DNA from: Octopus bimaculoides
Taxonomy: Eukaryota
DNA length: 34,081 nucleotides
Assembly (NCBI RefSeq): GCF_001194135.2
Contig: NC_069001.1
Location: forward strand, 17,823,629 to 17,857,709
Direction: 5' to 3'
The notes under the pieces are model-generated. The model did not search any database and was not told where the DNA came from. It saw nothing but the letters and a program-made list of their open reading frames with translations. Made by a program: the position numbers and the translations under genes. Every line of letters begins with the position of its first letter. The first letter of the stretch is position 1. Of the stretch, positions 29,567 to 34,081 are shown piece by piece.

Positions 29567-32225
29567 CGTGTGTGTGTGTATTTATATGTCAGAATGTGTG
29601 GGTTGTGCTCTGATGATACTTTGTCTATTTTATTAACTAGAGAAAGACTCATTAACAAATTATCCGAAAGGATTGCACGTTGCATACATGCCAAGAAATC
29701 CACATTCACCCATTACAGTAGAAACACTGCAGCACCCTCACAATCATAACTAACATGCGCAGAGAATCCCACGCCACCGAATACACATCCACCCATAACA
29801 GTAGAAACAACCCACCATCTTCACAACTATAGCTAACACACACCAAATATGCGCATTCACCCATTACAAACAACCCAACACCATCACAGCCTACACGGAG
29901 TACCCCAACACAGTAATGAACAGCCTACATCGAACACCCGGATGTGTGTGTATGTGCATGTATATGTACGTGGATATCTATATGTAAATATGTGTGTGTA
30001 AATAGCAAGGGATTAACCCAAAACGATTACCGGTTTGCTCTCAGTTAGGTATTCAAAATATGTTATTCAACAGTTAACATAGAAATCCAATGAAGTTCCT
30101 ATAAGACCAGAAATTAGAGGAATATTCGGTTGAATAATTCTGAATATCTTTCCTTAACCACATAGATTTCCTGAAGTATGAATATTAACAATATTAGTAA
30201 GTATTACTACGAAGTTGCATAGCATTACATTTAATTCTTCTTTTTATAAACGGCCTTACATAGACCAACACATGTTTCAATTGCACCGATTAGTAACCGT
30301 TGCAATAGCAACCTTACTATAGTTTCTTCAGTTTCTTTTATCTACTCTGCGTTGTATGTGTNNNNNNNNNNNNNNNNNNNNNNNNNNNNNNNNNNNNNNN
30401 NNNNNNNNNNNNNNNNNNNNNNNNNNNNNNNNNNNNNNNNNNNNNNNNNNNNNNNNNNNNNNNNNNNNNNNNNNNNNNNNNNNNNNNNNNNNNNNNNNNN
30501 NNNNNNNNNNNNNNNNNNNNNNNNNNNNNNNNNNNNNNNNNNNNNNNNNNNNNNNNNNNNNNNNNNNNNNNNNTATATATAGATATATATATATATATAT
30601 ATATATATATTCTTACCTATATATATCTATATCGGTAAGCTTCGAGCAGCTCGTAGAAGGTATAAAAAAAAACAACTTTCAGGATCAATAATGGTTTATT
30701 GGCGTAAAATGTTGTAATTGTTTCGCGTATCGGATTTCGTTAGGCTGAAAAAAGTTATTTTATAGTTCGCGGTTAGCAACTGGCGTTGCTATATATGCAT
30801 GCACACTAATATGCGTTTGTACAGTTTTAGTGTTAAGTGATAAACTACCAACTTACCTAGGACTATTATGTTCCCCTATTGACCAGAAGCATTATCTCTC
30901 TCCTCCTTCTCTTTCTCCCTCTCTTCTAACAAATTCCTACTTACTCCTAAATTTCCTTTTTTTGTCCTCCTGGCATTATTTCCCTTTATTTTTCTTTGGC
31001 TCTGTTTAAATGGATATACAGGGTTCCACAATATATTCATTTATTTATTTACAGTTAACATAGCAAATGACCCCAGCCTATATTCACAAAGACCTTCCCC
31101 TCCCCTTTTTGTTCTCTCACTCCGTGCTTTCCAGTCATTTTTGATCAAATCTCCTGCTATTCATTGCAAAGTGAAAGAAATTGAAATACGATTATTACTT
31201 AATACACTTTATTTATACTTTATGCACAATTTTATACACTTAATACACAGCTCATAAAATAAGTATTCACTCTTATCTTTCCATTTTTCTCATAAACAAG
31301 AAAAAAATATCGCCATACATATGATACAACCTTTAGTTAAATTGCATATATCTGCCACGTAAATAAGCGTGAATATTTCACGGAATTGCACTCATGCGCA
31401 TGCGTTAAGTGATAGGTGATATAAAAAATTTAGCTCAATTTTTTTAAAAATACACTTTTCGCTATCCAATCACCATCACCACCACCATCATCANNNNNNN
31501 NNNNNNNNNNNNNNNNNNNNNNNNNNNNNNNNNNNNNNNNNNNNNNNNNNNNNNNNNNNNNNNNNNNNNNNNNNNNNNNNNNNNNNNNNNNNNNNNNNNN
31601 NNNNNNNNNNNNNNNNNNNNNNNNNNNNNNNNNNNNNNNNNNNNNNNNNNNNNNNNNNNNNNNNNNNNNNNNNNNNNNNNNNNNNNNNNNNNNNNNNNNN
31701 NNNNNNNNNNNNNNNNNNNNNNNNNNNNNNNNNNNNNNNNNNNNNNNNNNNNNNNNNNNNNNNNNNNNNNNNNNNNNNNNNNNNNNNNNNNNNNNNNNNN
31801 NNNNNNNNNNNNNNNNNNNNNNNNNNNNNNNNNNNNNNNNNNNNNNNNNNNNNNNNNNNNNNNNNNNNNNNNNNNNNNNNNNNNNNNNNNNNNNNNNNNN
31901 NNNNNNNNNNNNNNNNNNNNNNNNNNNNNNNNNNNNNNNNNNNNNNNNNNNNNNNNNNNNNNNNNNNNNNNNNNNNNNNNNNNNNNNNNNNNNNNNNNNN
32001 NNNNNNNNNNNNNNNNNNNNNNNNNNNNNNNNNNNNNNNNNNNNNNNNNNNNNNNNNNNNNNNNNNNNNNNNNNNNNNNNNNNNNNNNNNNNNNNNNNNN
32101 NNNNNNNNNNNNNNNNNNNNNNNNNNNNNNNNNNNNNNNNNNNNNNNNNNNNNNNNNNNNNNNNNNNNNNNNNNNNNNNNNNNNNNNNNNNNNNNNNNNN
32201 NNNNNNNNNNNNNNNNNNNNNNNNN

Positions 32226-32590
32226 GGATTGGGATACCTAAGAGGTATCAACTCAACCATCTCCGAGGAACAGAGGCCATTACTGTAGTTATAGACAGAG
32301 ATACAGAGAGAAGAGTACGTCTCTGGGTGAAAGGTTGGAATGCGTTCGTTAGTGAGTTAATGACAATCAGCTGAATGACAATCTTTAGATGTGATCCAGA
32401 ATATCTGACTTCGTTTTTAGCAACATCAACCCAGATGTGGAAACAGTTCTCCATTGTGGACCTAACTGGGCCTTGGTGAATGCCAACAGCTGTTGGAGAA
32501 TGAAATACCCTTTTGCTCTGAACACAAGGGGCTAGTCTTTTGGACGTGGTCATAGTTTGCTAAGGGTGAGCTTTCACCAGGAGTGATCGC
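32226..32590 (-). mobile_element. CR1/L2-like LINE ORF2 3' fragment, decayed
   Basis: Frameshift-corrected reading LFRAKGYFILQQLLAFTKAQ / VRSTMENCFHIW / SLTNAFQPFTQRR / NGLCSSEMVELIP resembles the post-RT C-terminus of CR1/L2-group LINEs. Confidence 0.65.
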
Positions 32591-32884
32591 TTATTAGCTT
32601 TAAACTTATAAAAAGTTATTATTATTATTATTACTTACAAATTGTAAAATTCGACACCGCTTACCGAATAATCGCAGATACAAATAGCGTAAGAATTATT
32701 TGCTAATCTGCCACGTCGATGCACATGTAGGATAAAATTCAATAACGAATAAAAAAACAGCGCTAGTGTTGTAAACTTTATCGATCGCAAATATTCAATG
32801 TATGTTGGGGGTTTTTTTTACCGGATTATATATGTGTATGTGTGATATATTCTTTCAACTATAGACACAGGGCTTTAATTTTTT

Positions 32885-33215
32885 GTGGTGGGAGATGCTA
32901 GTTGATTACATCGACCTAGTACTTATTTTATCGACCCCGAAGGAATGAAAAGCAAAGTCGACTTCGGTGGAATTTGAACTCAGAAATACCGCTAAACATT
33001 TCGTCAGGTGTGTCAACGATTTTGTCAGCTCACCATAATATTGGTTTCAAATTTTGCCACAAAACCAGCAAGTTCGGGGAAGGTTAAGTCTATTACATCG
33101 ACTCTATTACTCAACTGGTACTTATCTTATCGATCCCGAAAGGCTGAACGGTAAAGTCGACTTCGACGGATGAAATACCGCTAAGCATTTTGCCTGGCGT
33201 GCTCACCACCTTACC
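32885..33215 (-). mobile_element. Two head-to-tail SINE copies (family of 15864)
   Basis: Two runs of TTATCGA(C/T)CCCGAA..AAAGTCGACTTCG..AAATACCGCTAA(A/G)CATTT; a third eroded copy lies at about 33490-33605. Confidence 0.7.
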
Positions 33216-33512
33216 ATAACATTAACAACCACTTCTTTCTCTCAGCACCATCCAAGGGCGAACGATATTTCACACATTTCATGATTTCTTTTACATACAA
33301 TTTGTGCTTGTCGTGGGAAAATTTTCATGGAAGAACACAAAAGTGGTTTCCCATTGCTTTTGTGCAGGCGTGTGGGGGTTTTGTGTTTACAAGGCGCCAT
33401 TTTGTCGACTGCATACAGGTAAGTTTACCACACTTGTCTGGGCACTTTAAACGTTAGGAAGAAGATCAAATATCACAAGACACTCTATGACTCCTACTAA
33501 TCAACTGATCTG

Positions 33513-33560
33513 TATTAATTAGATTTTATTGACCGAGAGGTCAATAAAATCTAATTAATA
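33513..33560. repeat. Perfect 22-bp inverted repeat with a GAGA loop
   Basis: TATTAATTAGATTTTATTGACC-GAGA-GGTCAATAAAATCTAATTAATA. Confidence 0.95.
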
Positions 33561-33639
33561 TGAAATGCAAAACTAACATCGGTGAAATTTGAACTAAAGA
33601 ACATTAAGAAAAAGAACAGTTATTACAAGGCATTTTGTC

Positions 33640-34081
33640 CAAGACTGGTAACCTTGATGCCATTTATGGTCAATGCCTGCAGGAAAGACATGAACGGGAA
33701 GAAGATTCCAGAGGGGGATGTTCTGGGAGGAAAGACTGAGCATAATGATTAGTGCAGGAGGCGAAGGGTTTGGATGCATCGTGAGTGACGAAAGATGAGT
33801 GGATTGGGATACCTAAGAGGTATCAACTCAACCATCTCCGAGGAACAGAGGCCATTACTGTAGTTATAGACAGAGATACAGAGAGAAGAGTACGTCTCTG
33901 GGTGAAAGGTTGGAATGCGTTCGTTAGTGAGTTAATGACAATCAGCTGAATGACAATCTTTAGATGTGATCCAGAATATCTGACTTCGTTTTTAGCAACA
34001 TCAACCCAGATGTGGAAACAGTTCTCCATTGTGGACCTAACTGGGCCTTGGTGAATGCCAACAGCTGTTGGAGAATGAAAT
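33640..34081 (-). mobile_element. CR1/L2-like LINE 3' end; 33801-34081 is identical to 32226-32506
   Basis: Same motifs as the 32226 fragment, plus the C-terminal LWNLLPVHVFP. Confidence 0.65.

Overview
This is eukaryotic, AT-rich, repeat-dominated DNA from a gapped assembly (13 N-runs, about 4.6 kb). The SINE families and dense (CA)n/(TA)n/(TACA)n microsatellites suggest an octopus or other coleoid cephalopod (inference). I could not identify any host gene with confidence; most ORFs in the track are microsatellite or N artefacts. Decayed mobile elements recognised: a Penelope-like GIY-YIG 3' fragment, a full-length mariner, an R4/Dong-type RLE LINE 3' half, a maT/DD37D transposon, CR1/L2-like 3' fragments, several tRNA-derived SINEs and several MITE/foldback elements. 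The most notable features are four. (1) A Gypsy-type LTR element with a perfect tRNA-Leu PBS, a PPT and one uninterrupted ORF (coiled coil, two CCHC knuckles, protease), but no RT, RNase H or integrase and apparently no capsid core; its two LTRs differ in length by about 820 bp. (2) A 2.2-kb satellite of 29-bp monomers with higher-order structure. (3) Three minimal type-I hammerhead-ribozyme-like motifs, one in a 375-bp unit with terminal redundancy and one split by the LTR insertion. (4) A perfect 22-bp hairpin inside a SINE relic. All coordinates and alignments were read by eye and may be off by a few bases.
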